This document shows, in pieces, positions 53,189-63,876 of a stretch of DNA of 64,000 nucleotides (position 1 is its first letter; every line of letters starts with the position of its first letter). The notes beneath the pieces are model-generated. The model was not told the origin of the DNA. It ran no database searches and was given only the letters and a program-made list of their open reading frames with translations. The position numbers were made by a program, and so were the translations under genes. The DNA is from Acidobacteriota bacterium. GTDB lineage: Bacteria > Acidobacteriota > UBA890 > WLXD01. Where the stretch lies: the NCBI GenBank assembly GCA_965205505.1, contig CBDBHB010000007.1, positions 160,001-224,000 of the forward strand. Reading direction: 5' to 3'.

Positions 53189-54517
53189 TCAGGTTGACGA
53201 TATCCGCCAGCGCGGGATCCGCTGCAACCACGCGGCGGCAGCCACCACTATCAGCAAGGCGCCGGCGTTGATCATCTGTGCCATCGGCGTCCCAAGCGCC
53301 CCAGCGACCGCGCCGGTCTCGAGGTTGCCGAGCGGGCCGGCACCGCGGCTGAGGTTCCAGACGCCGACGGCGGCGCCCCGCTCGTCGTCAGGGACGCGGT
53401 CCTGGACCAGCTTCGGCAGCAACACATCGAGAGCCGCCCAGGCAACGCCGATGCCCAGCATCAGGAGTAGCGATAGGGAGTAGGAGGTAGAGCCGGCGAA
53501 GGCGATCAGCGATATCGAAAACAGCCCACACATCCAGAGCAGCAGCGTGCCCGGCCGCAGCCGGGTGGAGAGCGCGGCGAGCGTCAGTAAGCCGGCGACG
53601 CCGCCGAGTTGCCGCGCGGCGGTCAGGTTGCCCAGCCCGGTCGCGCCGATCTCCAGGATGTCGCGCGCGAATGACGACACCAGCGCATCACTGGAGTACG
53701 CGAAAATCTCCGCCGCGGCGCCGATCGCGGCGAGCAGCAACACGGCCGGGTTGCGCCACAGCACGGCGAAGCCCTTGAGGACGACCGAGAGGTTGGGCAT
53801 GCGGCGAGGCACCGTTGCCACCGAGGCGCGAGCTTCAGGCGCTTGCGCGCTGCCCTTGTCTCCGCGCGGCTCGATCTCGGCGACTGAGACGTTGTCGAGC
53901 GGAGGCGAGCGACGGTCTCGAGGTACCCGAGATAGCAATGCTACGGCAGCGGCAAGCGAGATCGCCATCGACAGGAACGCGCCAGCCGCCCCGTACCACG
54001 CCAGCAACACGCCGGCGGCAACCGCCCCGACGGCACCGATGCCGCGGTTGCCGAGCTGCTCCAGCGCCATGCCGTTGACTGCCTCCGAGCGACCCACGAG
54101 GTCATAGACGAGGGTGCGTCCGAGCGTCGTCTCGACGGTGTCGACAGCGCCCTCCAGAAAGGCCACCACCATCAAACCGACAAAGGTCAGGTTACCCGTG
54201 AGGCCCAATCCGGCAGCGCCCAGAGCCATCACCGCACCGAGCAGGTCCACGCCCTGCAGCATTCGGCGTCGATCCATGCGGTCCGAGAGCGCCCCAGCGG
54301 GCACGCCGAACAGTAGACGCGGCACGTAGCGCACCGCGAAGACCGTTCCTACAGCCACTGGCGAGCCGGTGATCTCGAGCGCCAACCAGCCAAACGCTAC
54401 GGTGGCGACGCTGTGCGTGAAGCCACTCAGCGCCAGTGCCAACCACAACCACACGAAGCCCGGCCGCCGAAACGATGACAGCGTGGACTTGCCCAGCAGC
54501 CACTCGAACACGCCCAT
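53189..54517 (-). CDS. MFS transporter
   Basis: GALSDRMDRR motif A; about 12 TM segments. Confidence 0.9.
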   Translation of the reverse strand: MGVFEWLLGKSTLSSFRRPGFVWLWLALALSGFTHSVATVAFGWLALEITGSPVAVGTVFAVRYVPRLLFGVPAGALSDRMDRRRMLQGVDLLGAVMALGAAGLGLTGNLTFVGLMVVAFLEGAVDTVETTLGRTLVYDLVGRSEAVNGMALEQLGNRGIGAVGAVAAGVLLAWYGAAGAFLSMAISLAAAVALLSRVPRDRRSPPLDNVSVAEIEPRGDKGSAQAPEARASVATVPRRMPNLSVVLKGFAVLWRNPAVLLLAAIGAAAEIFAYSSDALVSSFARDILEIGATGLGNLTAARQLGGVAGLLTLAALSTRLRPGTLLLWMCGLFSISLIAFAGSTSYSLSLLLMLGIGVAWAALDVLLPKLVQDRVPDDERGAAVGVWNLSRGAGPLGNLETGAVAGALGTPMAQMINAGALLIVVAAAAWLQRIPRWRISST

Positions 54518-54540
54518 CTACTGCTGCTCGGCGCGACGTT

Positions 54541-55626
54541 CTACAGACTGTGGTCCACGATGAAACCATTCTCGCAAATGGTCAGATCGTCCAGTTGAAC
54601 CGTAGGTCGCATCAACAAAATGTCCCAATGTATGTGCGATACATTGGGCTCCAGGTCGGAGCCATGCCATATACGCGCCATCAGGCTGCTGTCGCCAATT
54701 CCACAAACGACGGTACCACGCAGCTTTTCGAATTCTTGATGCTGTGTAAGCATCGCGCGCGAGTTCAAGCCCAGATTCAGATGTACCGGGCCGTACGCGG
54801 CGGAATCGTCAGGCTGTTCGGCAAGCCAGTGACTCAGGCGGCCTGCGAACAATGGCTCGCCCCGAACATCTACTATCTTGCCCTTCTCGAAGGTCAAGAA
54901 CACCGGGCCGGTGGGCTTTTCGTGGTCCCAAGCCGGTTCATACAGTAGAACGCCATCTACAGCTATGATGCCGTCGCCGCGACCCTTGGGGAGCACAATT
55001 CCAGGTCCCGCAGGCGGCAGGGTCGCCCATGCTGCAGGGGTCATCTGATTCTTGTCCCGGTCCCATAGAAACTCGTCGCCATCTGCGCCTTCGAGATCGC
55101 CAATGAACAACTCGAACTCCGTCCCTTCTTCGGACGTCATACGGAGCATTTTGGCATCTGTGAAGAGCGCGGCAATCTCGATGGACTCCCTCCGCAGCTC
55201 GTGAATATCGGCAGCGAGCATTGTGCGAATGAGAGTGTCCTCGATGTGATGTCCACCGGTGCCATCCCCGGGGCACATCACGCGAGCGCCGCGCTCCACG
55301 GCATCCGCTATGAAGTCCGCATAGCCGACAGCCAAGTCGAGGATCAGGTCGGCTTCCCTGGACGCGGCTTTGACCATCGAATTCCACTCGTATCCTGGTT
55401 GTAGCGTTGGCGGCGGGGGCATCGGATTCTCCGACACTGAGACGTCGGCACCCATCGCCATGGCGGCGCCGATGAAGACCGAGACGACGTGTCGCGGTGT
55501 ACGAGAATCGGTAATGATCAGGACCCTCGTTCCTGGCTGCAGGTTGCACATATCTCGGTAGATCTTGTCGACAACAACAAGAAACTCGGGTTTCAGCTCA
55601 GTACTTACGTCCGTCGTTTCAGACAT
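54541..55626 (-). CDS. M29 aminopeptidase-fold / NicX-like protein
   Basis: VLIITD, TSEEGT, GIIAVDG, LTFEKGKIVDVRG, HLNLGLN, EFEK, HWD. Confidence 0.65.
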   Translation of the reverse strand: MSETTDVSTELKPEFLVVVDKIYRDMCNLQPGTRVLIITDSRTPRHVVSVFIGAAMAMGADVSVSENPMPPPPTLQPGYEWNSMVKAASREADLILDLAVGYADFIADAVERGARVMCPGDGTGGHHIEDTLIRTMLAADIHELRRESIEIAALFTDAKMLRMTSEEGTEFELFIGDLEGADGDEFLWDRDKNQMTPAAWATLPPAGPGIVLPKGRGDGIIAVDGVLLYEPAWDHEKPTGPVFLTFEKGKIVDVRGEPLFAGRLSHWLAEQPDDSAAYGPVHLNLGLNSRAMLTQHQEFEKLRGTVVCGIGDSSLMARIWHGSDLEPNVSHIHWDILLMRPTVQLDDLTICENGFIVDHSL

Positions 55627-55644
55627 CGTTCAGGTGCTCCATGA

Positions 55645-56838
55645 TCATCCGGGGGTTACAGAAATACCGCACTGCTTCTTCAGTTGCTCATGGCCAATAG
55701 CCGTGTGCTCGAGCTTGCGCGCGAAACACCAGAGTAAAGCAATCACGACGACGAAGCCGGCGGCGGTCAGCAGGATGGACGGCCTGAAGTCACCGTTCGC
55801 GATCATGAAGGACAAGAGAAACGGGCCGACGGAAAATCCTGCCATCGTTACAATATTGGCAGCAGTTACGCCGCGACCAGACGGGACGAGTGTAGCCAGG
55901 ATTGCTATGAAGTAGGGCGTAACCAGGGTAATACTGGCGTTGAACACCGCTGTCCCGACCCCAAACACAATTTCAGAAGATGACAGTAACAACGAGAGTG
56001 TCGAGAGAGCGATCGCGACAGTACCGATGTAGATAGGTCGCAAGTATCCGATCCGATCGCCAAGAAGCCATGCCGCCACCATCCCTACAATCGCGGCGGA
56101 CATGCTTGGGCCCAATAGCGCGCCTGCCCTTTCTGGCGACATACCGAACGCCACGCCGATCCGCTCGAAATACGTCCAAACGCCAGTATTGAGAACATAG
56201 TGCAGAAAGAGGGCGGCGAGCACCAGGCTGGACAAGGCGAGCAGGCTGCGCTCCAGATCGCTCGGCGCGTTGTTGTTGGTCTCTCCCGTTCCAGCAACCG
56301 TGGTTGGGAAGAAGGGCAGGAGACCGCACGCGATCAGGTTGATCGCGCCCATACCGTAGAAGGCGCCCTCAATGCCGCTCGAGTGATAGACGTAGGGGAG
56401 TAACGCTAACCCTGCACCACCAACCAAGTATGGCGCGCCGAACAGGATGGCGTACGATCGTTCAACGCGCCGGGTACCTACAATCGCAACGCAGGCGACC
56501 GTATATCCCAGGCCAGCGCCCAATCCGTTAACGAAACGAACAAAGCCTAGCGTCGCAACGCTACCAACAAACCACACCGATGCTAGGCTGGTCAGAATGA
56601 CCAGCGACAGGCAGGCGAGCATCGTCAAGCGCAAATTCCATCCGGGCCGGTGAAGAAAGACAATTGCGAATATCGTTGATACCGTTGCACCCCAGAAATT
56701 GTATGAAATCAGACGTCCTGCCACGTCGGTGGACAAACCTTGATAATCGACAAGGGCCCCAAGAATGGACGGCGCAACCGCGATATAGATGTTCACCGCC
56801 ATGCTCATGAAAAGGATTGAGATAATTCTGAGTGCCAT
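55645..56838 (-). CDS. MFS transporter
   Basis: About 12 TM segments; RFVNGLGAG, WTYFERIG, LGDRIG. Confidence 0.88.
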   Translation of the reverse strand: MALRIISILFMSMAVNIYIAVAPSILGALVDYQGLSTDVAGRLISYNFWGATVSTIFAIVFLHRPGWNLRLTMLACLSLVILTSLASVWFVGSVATLGFVRFVNGLGAGLGYTVACVAIVGTRRVERSYAILFGAPYLVGGAGLALLPYVYHSSGIEGAFYGMGAINLIACGLLPFFPTTVAGTGETNNNAPSDLERSLLALSSLVLAALFLHYVLNTGVWTYFERIGVAFGMSPERAGALLGPSMSAAIVGMVAAWLLGDRIGYLRPIYIGTVAIALSTLSLLLSSSEIVFGVGTAVFNASITLVTPYFIAILATLVPSGRGVTAANIVTMAGFSVGPFLLSFMIANGDFRPSILLTAAGFVVVIALLWCFARKLEHTAIGHEQLKKQCGISVTPG

Positions 56839-57032
56839 CGTTTGACCCGTGGTTGCTCAGCCCCTTCGTATGAATCGGTCCGCTGTAATCATGTGTGTAA
56901 TGTACACACGGCGACCACATCATCAGAACGCTGTTGGAGATGCACACGCCGGAGTACGCCTGTAATCGCGAGGCGGTGCCAACCCTGCGCGTCGAGGTGC
57001 CCGCGCCGACCTATCCGGGGCTGGCGCAGAGG

Positions 57033-58127
57033 CTAGCGCCGGGTCGACCGAATGAACGCGCCGCCCTGCGATACCACCGTGCCGTAGACGTTGCCTGCGG
57101 CATCGACGGCCACGCCTTCCGGGTTCGAGCCGTTGGGGTACCTAGAGACCTTGCCGTTGATCAAATAATCGACGATGCCGGTCCTCAGGCTTCCGACGCG
57201 AATGCCGGTGATCCAGCCCGGGTTCTGAGAGTTCGCGAACAGGGACTCGGAGTCGGCGACGTAGATCGTGTCGTCGTCGGTGATATAGATGCCACTCGGC
57301 CGTCCAAACTGCCTGAGCTCACCGATGTACGTGCCATCGAGCTCGAAGATCTGCAAGCGGTTGTTTCCACGGTCACCGACGATCAGCCGGCCTTGTGAGT
57401 CGATGTCCAGGGCGTGAGGGGTGCGCATCTCGCCGGGACCGGAACCGAGCCTGCCCCATGACGTGATGAAGCTGCCGTCACGGTTGAACTTGGCGATGCG
57501 GGCGACCGTCTCCGGCGGAGCGTTGAGATTCTGGCCCCCGTGGCCGTCTCCGACGTAGGCATTGCCATCCGCGTCGGTTACCACGTCGTTAGGCGTGTTG
57601 AGCAGCGCGCCCCGGCCATCTCCGGGCGAGCCGGGTCGGCCGAGCGTGAGGAGGATGTCGCCATCGGGACTCAACTTGATGACCACATGACCCTTGCCCG
57701 CGCTCGCCGGATTGGTGGGGTCCGGCCCCTGCGCGTCGGTGACCCAAACGTTGCCGTCACGATCCACATGGATCCCGTGCGGGAAAAGAAACAGCCCACC
57801 GCCCATGCTAGCGACGACGTTGCCTTGAGGATCGATCTTGAGGATCGGATCGAGATCGGACCCGGCGCAGGAGTTGGCTCCGCATCGGTCGATCGCCCAA
57901 ATGTGGCGGCCGTCGGGATCGATGTCGACGCCCGCCGTCGAGCCCCAAGTCCTGCCGTCCGGCAGGGTCACCCACTCCTCACCGGTGTAGGGATCCGGCA
58001 TGCCGTTCAGAGGGTAGATGTTCGGCAGGCGTTCCAGGACCTGGGCATGGGTGACCGCCGGGGTCGACACGATCAGCGCGGTGACAACTGCACCCAAGAA
58101 CGATGTCGCCGGCTTCGAGAATGTCAT
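57033..58127 (-). CDS. Exported NHL-repeat protein
   Basis: PHGIHVDRDGNVWVTD, PNDV, WGRLGSGPGE...PHAL, DRGNNRLQIF. Confidence 0.9.
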   Translation of the reverse strand: MTFSKPATSFLGAVVTALIVSTPAVTHAQVLERLPNIYPLNGMPDPYTGEEWVTLPDGRTWGSTAGVDIDPDGRHIWAIDRCGANSCAGSDLDPILKIDPQGNVVASMGGGLFLFPHGIHVDRDGNVWVTDAQGPDPTNPASAGKGHVVIKLSPDGDILLTLGRPGSPGDGRGALLNTPNDVVTDADGNAYVGDGHGGQNLNAPPETVARIAKFNRDGSFITSWGRLGSGPGEMRTPHALDIDSQGRLIVGDRGNNRLQIFELDGTYIGELRQFGRPSGIYITDDDTIYVADSESLFANSQNPGWITGIRVGSLRTGIVDYLINGKVSRYPNGSNPEGVAVDAAGNVYGTVVSQGGAFIRSTRR

Positions 58128-58184
58128 TCCGCTCCTGCTGGGTGTCGGGCTCCGCCCGGGGCGTCGGGTCAAGCGGCTCCCATC

Positions 58185-59040
58185 TTACTGCGGTGTGCGC
58201 GCCCGAGTCATGGAGCGAGAACAGGCTCGCGCCGGAGTTCCGTCGATGACCTCCTCGATCGCGGCGAGCGCTTGCGCAAAGGCCTTCGGCTCGTCGGAGC
58301 CAAAGGCGAGGCGGAAGTGCTTGGGGCGACCGAAGCAGTCGCCGGGCGACAGCAGGATTCCCACCGCCGCCAGCTTCTGACAAAGCGGCCATGCTGAGGA
58401 CTCGCCGACGATCCAAGGGAATGCGACCAGCCCGCCCTCGGGCTCGACCCAATCGAATCGGTCGGGGTGATGGTCGAAGAAGGCGCGTAGGACTGTGAGA
58501 TTCTGGCTACCGAGCGACTGTGCGCGGGCCAGGACTCGCTGGCGCTGCCGCAGGCCGATCGCCGAAAGTCGCTCCGACAACGGTGAGGTCGAGATCGTGA
58601 AGAAGCGCCGAATGTCAAAGTAGCGCTTCCGACGCCCGGCGTCCGCGTCGACGACCCAGCCCAGTCGCAGCCCGGCCAGCGACATGGCTTTGGACATATC
58701 CCCAACCAGCACGGCGCCGTCGACTTCGGCGCCTGGCGGCGAGGTCCCCGCATGGGCGATCGGGTGCTGTACCTGATCGATCGCCACCGCTACGCCTCGG
58801 TGCGCCGCGGCCTCCTGGATGGTACGCATGGCAGTCGTGCCGACGATGGTACCCGTGGGGTTGTGGGGCGTGTTGACGACGACCAGGCCGGTGCGGTCGT
58901 CGATGAGGTCGATGACCTCCCCCGGATCCAGCCGGAAGCCGTCGTCGCGGATCAGCCGATAGGGACGCGGCTCCTGGTCGAAGATCTCCGGCAGCGCACC
59001 GAAGCCGGGGTATCCGGGATCCGGGAGCACAACGTTGCCG
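58185..59040 (-). pseudogene. Class I/II PLP aminotransferase, 5'-truncated
   Basis: VVLPDPGYP, NTPHNPTG, GDMSKAMSLAGLRLGW, HFRLAFG; the N-terminal part is absent. Confidence 0.85.
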
Positions 59041-60846
59041 CCCACGGTGGCGCTCGCAGGTGTGCCAACCCAGGTCACGGTCACGGGTGCGGTCGGTTCG
59101 CTGTCGGGGCTGGTGCTTCGGGCCGGCGGCAGCCGCTACGCGGCGGTGGTCGACGGGGACACGGCGAGGTTTGTCGATCTCAGGCTGCAGCTTGGCAAGT
59201 CGCGTCTGGAGCTGGAATCCGGCGGCGTGGTGGTGGGCACCGCCGACGTGCGCGTGTTGCCGGGCTGGGTGTCGATCATTCCGCCGCTGCTTGCCATCGC
59301 CGTGGCGCTGGTATCCAAGCAGGTGATCCCGGCGCTGTTCCTGGGGGTCTGGTTCGGGGCCACGGCGCTGATCGGCTTCACGCCAGCCGGCGCGTTCCGT
59401 GGCCTGCTCGATACCTACGCCGTTCACGTGTTCGGCGCCGTCGTCAATCCGAGCCAGGCACAGGTCCTGCTGTTTTCTTTCATGATCGGCGGCATGATCG
59501 GCATCGTCATCAAGAACGGTGGCATGCAGGGCGTGGTCAACAAGATCGCGCGGTTTGCGACCGATCGGCGCCGCGGGCTGTTGACCGCCGCTACCCTCGG
59601 GCTGGCGGTTTTCTTCGACGGCTACACCAACATTTTGATAATGGGCAACACCATGCGCCAGGTGACGGATCGCCTGCGCATCTCGCGAGAGAAGCTCGCC
59701 TACATCGTCGACTCGACCGCTGCTCCGGTTGCCTCTGTGGCGGTGGTATCCACCTGGATCGGCTACCAGGTGGGGCTGATCGGAGCGGTTCTCGAACAGA
59801 TCGGGACGATTCGCGAATCGGCCTATTCGATCTTCCTCAACTCGATCGCCTACAGCTTCTATCCCTGGTTGACGATGTTCATGGTGTTCACGCTGGCGGC
59901 GCTGGGCCGTGATTTCGGCTCTATGCGGGTAGCGGAGGAGCGCGCGCGGGACGGTCAGGTGCTCGGGCCGGGGGCCAAGGTCGACCAGGCGGTGGCCGCC
60001 GATGCCCCGGAGCTGCACGTCGATGAGGAGAAACCGGTGCGCGCCATCAACGCCGTGGTGCCGATTCTGGTGCGCATCGGCGGCGTGCTCGGGGGGCTGT
60101 GGGCAACGGGCACCGGGGACTCGCTTCGCGACATCATCGGCACCGCCAATTCCAACACCGCGCTGATGTGGGGGTCGCTGCTGGCGGTCACCGTCGCGGT
60201 GGCGTTAACGCTCGCGCAGCGCATCCTGACCCTCACCGAGATCGTCGACGCCTGGTACGCCGGGCTCAAGCAGATGCTGTACGCGTTGATCATCCTGGTG
60301 CTGGCATGGTCGCTGACCTCGGTGGTCGGCGGATTACAAACGGCCAGCTACTTGGTGTCGATCCTGGGAGAGTCGCTGGCACCCGGTATGGTGCCGTCGA
60401 TGGTGTTCGTGCTCGCCGCGGCCACGGCCTTCGCCACCGGGTCGAGCTGGGCAACCATGGGCATCCTGATGCCGCTGGTCATGCCGCTCGTGTGGGCCGT
60501 GCTGACCGCCGCCGGGGCCCAGGAACAGATGCACATCCTGTACTCGGCGGTTTCGTGCGTGATCTCCGGCGCCGTTCTGGGAGACCACATCTCGCCCATC
60601 TCCGACACCACCATCCTGTCGTCGATGGCCTCGGGGTGCGATCACATCGAGCACGTCCGCACGCAGTTGCCCTACGCGCTGATCGTGGGCGCGGTGGGGA
60701 TCGGCCTGGGCACGCTCCCCGCCGGGTTCGGCCTGCCGTGGTGGCTCGGAATGCTGGCTGGAGGGGCGGCCATCTACAGCATCTTGCGCTACGTGGGCAA
60801 GCCGGTGGTGGCCGCCGCATCGGCACCGCGGGCACCAGATAGTTGA
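59035..60846 (+). CDS. NhaC-family Na+/H+ antiporter / amino-acid transporter, native start apparently missing
   Basis: WVSIIPPLLAI, FFDGYTN, ISREKLAYIVDSTAAP, ATGSSWATMGI, GDHISPISDTT, HVRTQLPYA. Confidence 0.9.
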   Translation: MPPTVALAGVPTQVTVTGAVGSLSGLVLRAGGSRYAAVVDGDTARFVDLRLQLGKSRLELESGGVVVGTADVRVLPGWVSIIPPLLAIAVALVSKQVIPALFLGVWFGATALIGFTPAGAFRGLLDTYAVHVFGAVVNPSQAQVLLFSFMIGGMIGIVIKNGGMQGVVNKIARFATDRRRGLLTAATLGLAVFFDGYTNILIMGNTMRQVTDRLRISREKLAYIVDSTAAPVASVAVVSTWIGYQVGLIGAVLEQIGTIRESAYSIFLNSIAYSFYPWLTMFMVFTLAALGRDFGSMRVAEERARDGQVLGPGAKVDQAVAADAPELHVDEEKPVRAINAVVPILVRIGGVLGGLWATGTGDSLRDIIGTANSNTALMWGSLLAVTVAVALTLAQRILTLTEIVDAWYAGLKQMLYALIILVLAWSLTSVVGGLQTASYLVSILGESLAPGMVPSMVFVLAAATAFATGSSWATMGILMPLVMPLVWAVLTAAGAQEQMHILYSAVSCVISGAVLGDHISPISDTTILSSMASGCDHIEHVRTQLPYALIVGAVGIGLGTLPAGFGLPWWLGMLAGGAAIYSILRYVGKPVVAAASAPRAPDS

Positions 60847-61098
60847 GCTACTTCGTGACCGGCTGATGCGTGGTGCCGGCCTCGGCCCGAGCAGCTCGGT
60901 GTGTTCAGTGTTCACCGTGTCAACGATGAAGCGGTTCGTGCAGGCAACCGCTACGAACCACGAGTCCAGGAATGCGCCGACAAGCATCTGTGCGCCCTGG
61001 CCAACGATGAAGCGGCACCGACACACGCCCGGCGTCCGCCGCTGATGGTACGGTGAAGTTCGACGGTTTCAACGAAGCTTCACCGGGAGGAGGGCAGC

Positions 61099-62089
61099 GT
61101 GCACGGACTGGGTAAGTTACTGGCGATCGTGGTTATCGCCGCCATGCTGCTGCCGCTCCAGGCGTCTGGCGAGGCGCCGCAGGGCCGCGGCCCGACGAAT
61201 CGCGACCGATCCGACTTCACCATGCTCAGCGAGGAGGGCTTTCCGCTGAACGTCGATCCGGAGATCGTCGCCGCGTCCGAGGCAGAAATTGGAGACGACG
61301 ACATCGTCATGGGTGTGGTGATCAACGGCCAAGCACGCGCCTATCCGGTCAACTACATGAACGGGCCGAACAACGAGGTCGTCAACGACGAGCTCGGTGG
61401 AGAGCTCATCGCGCCGAGCTGGTGACCGATCGATCACAGCGGCGTCGTGTACGCCCGCGAGTTTGACGGCCGGGAGCTGCAATTCGGCGTGGTCGGCGTC
61501 GACGAGGGCACGCTCATCATGTACGACGCACAGACTCGCTCGCATTGGAACTGGAAGGAACAGCGCTCGAAAAGCGTGCGTCGATGATGACGACCTGGCG
61601 TCAATGGCGGGAGATGCATCCCGAGACTACGGTCTATGTAAAGTCTGCGGTCCCTTATCGAGCGCGGTTCACTCGGGAGACCTTCGACGAGATCGCCAAC
61701 CAACCGCCTGGGCCTATCCGTTCGGAGGACCTGATCGTCGGCCTCGAGGGTCGTCGAAGCGCGCGCCTATCTGGTGCGGCGGCTCGCTAGCAAGCGCTTG
61801 CTCGAGGACGTCTTCGAGAACGCGCCGATCGTCGTGTACCTGGCGCCGGACCTGGCCACGGCGCGTATCTACCTACGAAGGCTGAACGACCAGGAGTTGA
61901 GCTTCAGCCTCGACTCCGACGATCGGCTGCGGGATCAGCAAACCGGCTCGAAGTGGAATCTGATCACCGGCGAGGCGGTTTCGGGAGCGCTCCAGGGAGA
62001 AGCATCTGCAGCCGATAATCTCGACCTACTCTCTCTGGTTCGCGTGGGAGAAGTACCGGCCTGACACGACCGTGCACGCCGAGGAGTAG
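61099..62089 (+). CDS. DUF3179-domain probable selenoprotein (UGA at 61423-61425), several downstream frameshifts
   Basis: GVVINGQARAYP...EVVND...SW-UGA-PIDHSGVVYAR...LQFGV...LIMYDAQTRSHW in frame; later TTWRQWREMHPET, DQQTGSKW, WFAW. Confidence 0.85.
61426..61469 (+). promoter_or_regulatory. Putative bacterial SECIS element
   Basis: Stem GC-GGCGU/ACGCC-C-GC with loop CGUGU at +21 to +25; lower stem CCG-A-UCGA/UUGA-CGG. Confidence 0.65.
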
Positions 62090-62298
62090 GGCTCGAATCA
62101 CTCGCAGGCCGTTCTTACCTGACTCACGCGGGCGTATTCCGACGTACCCACGCGCGCGGTGACGGGCGTCACAGATCGCCCCGCAAGAGTGGACGAATGC
62201 GCGCCATTCGCCCCTCCGTCGGGAAACGATGGAATTGCAGGACATCGTGGCCGGGTACGACACGATCGGGTGAACCGGCCAGCTCGATCATAGGCCTG

Positions 62299-63744
62299 CT
62301 AGGGATCAGGCGTTCCCGGGTCCGCGGCCAGCGATGCGCGGTGCTGCCGCACCGCCCGGTTCAGAGGCCCTGCCGCCCAGCTGTCCTGGAATTGGTGGCG
62401 AAGAGGCTCTTGCTCCTTCGGGTCTTTGAACAAGTTGTAGTAGGCGGGTCGAGTTCGGATGGTGATCGGCTGCCCGATGCGCTCGATTTCCTTGTAGAGC
62501 ATCTTCCAGTTGCGCCACTTCGCGCCGTAGACCTCGTTGCCCACATACAGGACGAGCGACTCGCGGGCGGGCTTGTCGGTCTTGCCCATCAGGAAGTCGG
62601 AGTAATCGGCGCTGTCCATCACCCGGTCGGTGGGCATCTCGGCGCCCACCATGGCTGCCAACGTGCCGTAGACATCCATGGCGTGGACGATCTCGTTGGA
62701 CTTTCGCATCGCGGGGATCTTGCCGGGCCAGCGGATCAGGAACGGCACCCGATAGGCGCCCTCGTAGCTCGTGTAGATGCCGCCTCGCCAGGGTCCGTTG
62801 AAGCCCTCGCGCTCAATGCCGCCATACCCTCCGTTGTCGGAGGTGAAGATGAAGATGGTGTCGTCTTTCAGGCCCAGCTCATCGATCGTGTCGAGCAGAT
62901 CGCCCACGTACTCGTCGGTCTGAGCCAGGATGTCGGCGAAGTTTCCGTTGCCCGTTCTTCCCTTGGTGGCGGGATGGGGATCATGGGGTGTATGCGTTTG
63001 CGTGTAGGGCACGTAGGCGAAGAAGGGCTCTCCTTCTCCCGCCTTGCGGCGGATGAACTCGAGCGCGCGGTCGGTGCTCTCGCGGTCGATCGTCGCTCGC
63101 CTGGCACGGTCATAGACCTCCAGCACGGTGGGCCGCTCGCCTCGAGTCGCGGTCATGACGTGTTGGTAGTTCAGATCCAAGTCGGCCGGAACCGAGTTGC
63201 TGTCGGGCCAGTACGCCTCGTTGGAGGAGCGCGGGATGCCCCACCACTCGTCGAACCCCTGATCGGTGGGGAAGCGACCGTCGACCTCGCCCAGATGCCA
63301 CTTGCCGAACATGCCGGTAGCATAGCCGGCGTCCGACAGCATCTCCGGCAGCGTGTACTCCCACTCGGTGAGCCCGTACCACTCGGATCGCACCGTGCCG
63401 TCCTGCCGCAGCCGCGTGCGCATGGAGTACCGTCCGCTCATCAGCGCTGCGCGTGTCGGCGTGCACTCGGAGTCGACGTTGTAGTTGGTCAGCTGAAAGC
63501 CCTCATGGGCGATGCTGTCGATACGGGGTGTCGGTGCGCCGCGTATTGCGCCACCGCCATAGATCCCGGGTTCGCCATAGCCAAAGTTGTCCATCATGAC
63601 AAGCACTATGTTCGGCTTTTCTTCATTGCGCTGCTCGGAAGAGACCTCCGACTCTCGCGCATCACCCGCCGTAGACAGCGCCGGTAACGCGATCACCAGC
63701 ACCATCAACGACAACGTCAACAACAGCGGCGCGCGGACTCTCAT
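62299..63744 (-). CDS. Exported Cys-type arylsulfatase
   Basis: KPNIVLVMMDN, CTPTRAALMSGR (FGly motif), GKWHLG, SDNG, YEGAYRVP. Confidence 0.95.
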   Translation of the reverse strand: MRVRAPLLLTLSLMVLVIALPALSTAGDARESEVSSEQRNEEKPNIVLVMMDNFGYGEPGIYGGGAIRGAPTPRIDSIAHEGFQLTNYNVDSECTPTRAALMSGRYSMRTRLRQDGTVRSEWYGLTEWEYTLPEMLSDAGYATGMFGKWHLGEVDGRFPTDQGFDEWWGIPRSSNEAYWPDSNSVPADLDLNYQHVMTATRGERPTVLEVYDRARRATIDRESTDRALEFIRRKAGEGEPFFAYVPYTQTHTPHDPHPATKGRTGNGNFADILAQTDEYVGDLLDTIDELGLKDDTIFIFTSDNGGYGGIEREGFNGPWRGGIYTSYEGAYRVPFLIRWPGKIPAMRKSNEIVHAMDVYGTLAAMVGAEMPTDRVMDSADYSDFLMGKTDKPARESLVLYVGNEVYGAKWRNWKMLYKEIERIGQPITIRTRPAYYNLFKDPKEQEPLRHQFQDSWAAGPLNRAVRQHRASLAADPGTPDP

Positions 63745-63839
63745 CACAGCCTCCTCTGATACCGAGAACACGAATTTGGCAGTCCAACGTCACCCGCCAA
63801 CGCCATAGATGCTCGCTCGCGAGAGCTCAGCCGAGGACG

Positions 63840-63876
63840 CTACGGGTCCGTCGGCACGAGCCGTGCGCTGAGCTCG
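63840..63876 (-). pseudogene. Second 'RLVPTDP*' gene-tail remnant
   Basis: CGCTACGGGTCCGTCGGCACGAGCCG is identical to 32827-32852. Confidence 0.6.

Noticed and set aside
60921-61015. CAACGATGAAGCGG repeated twice upstream of DUF3179
   Set aside because: Only two copies and no recognisable riboswitch or operator structure.
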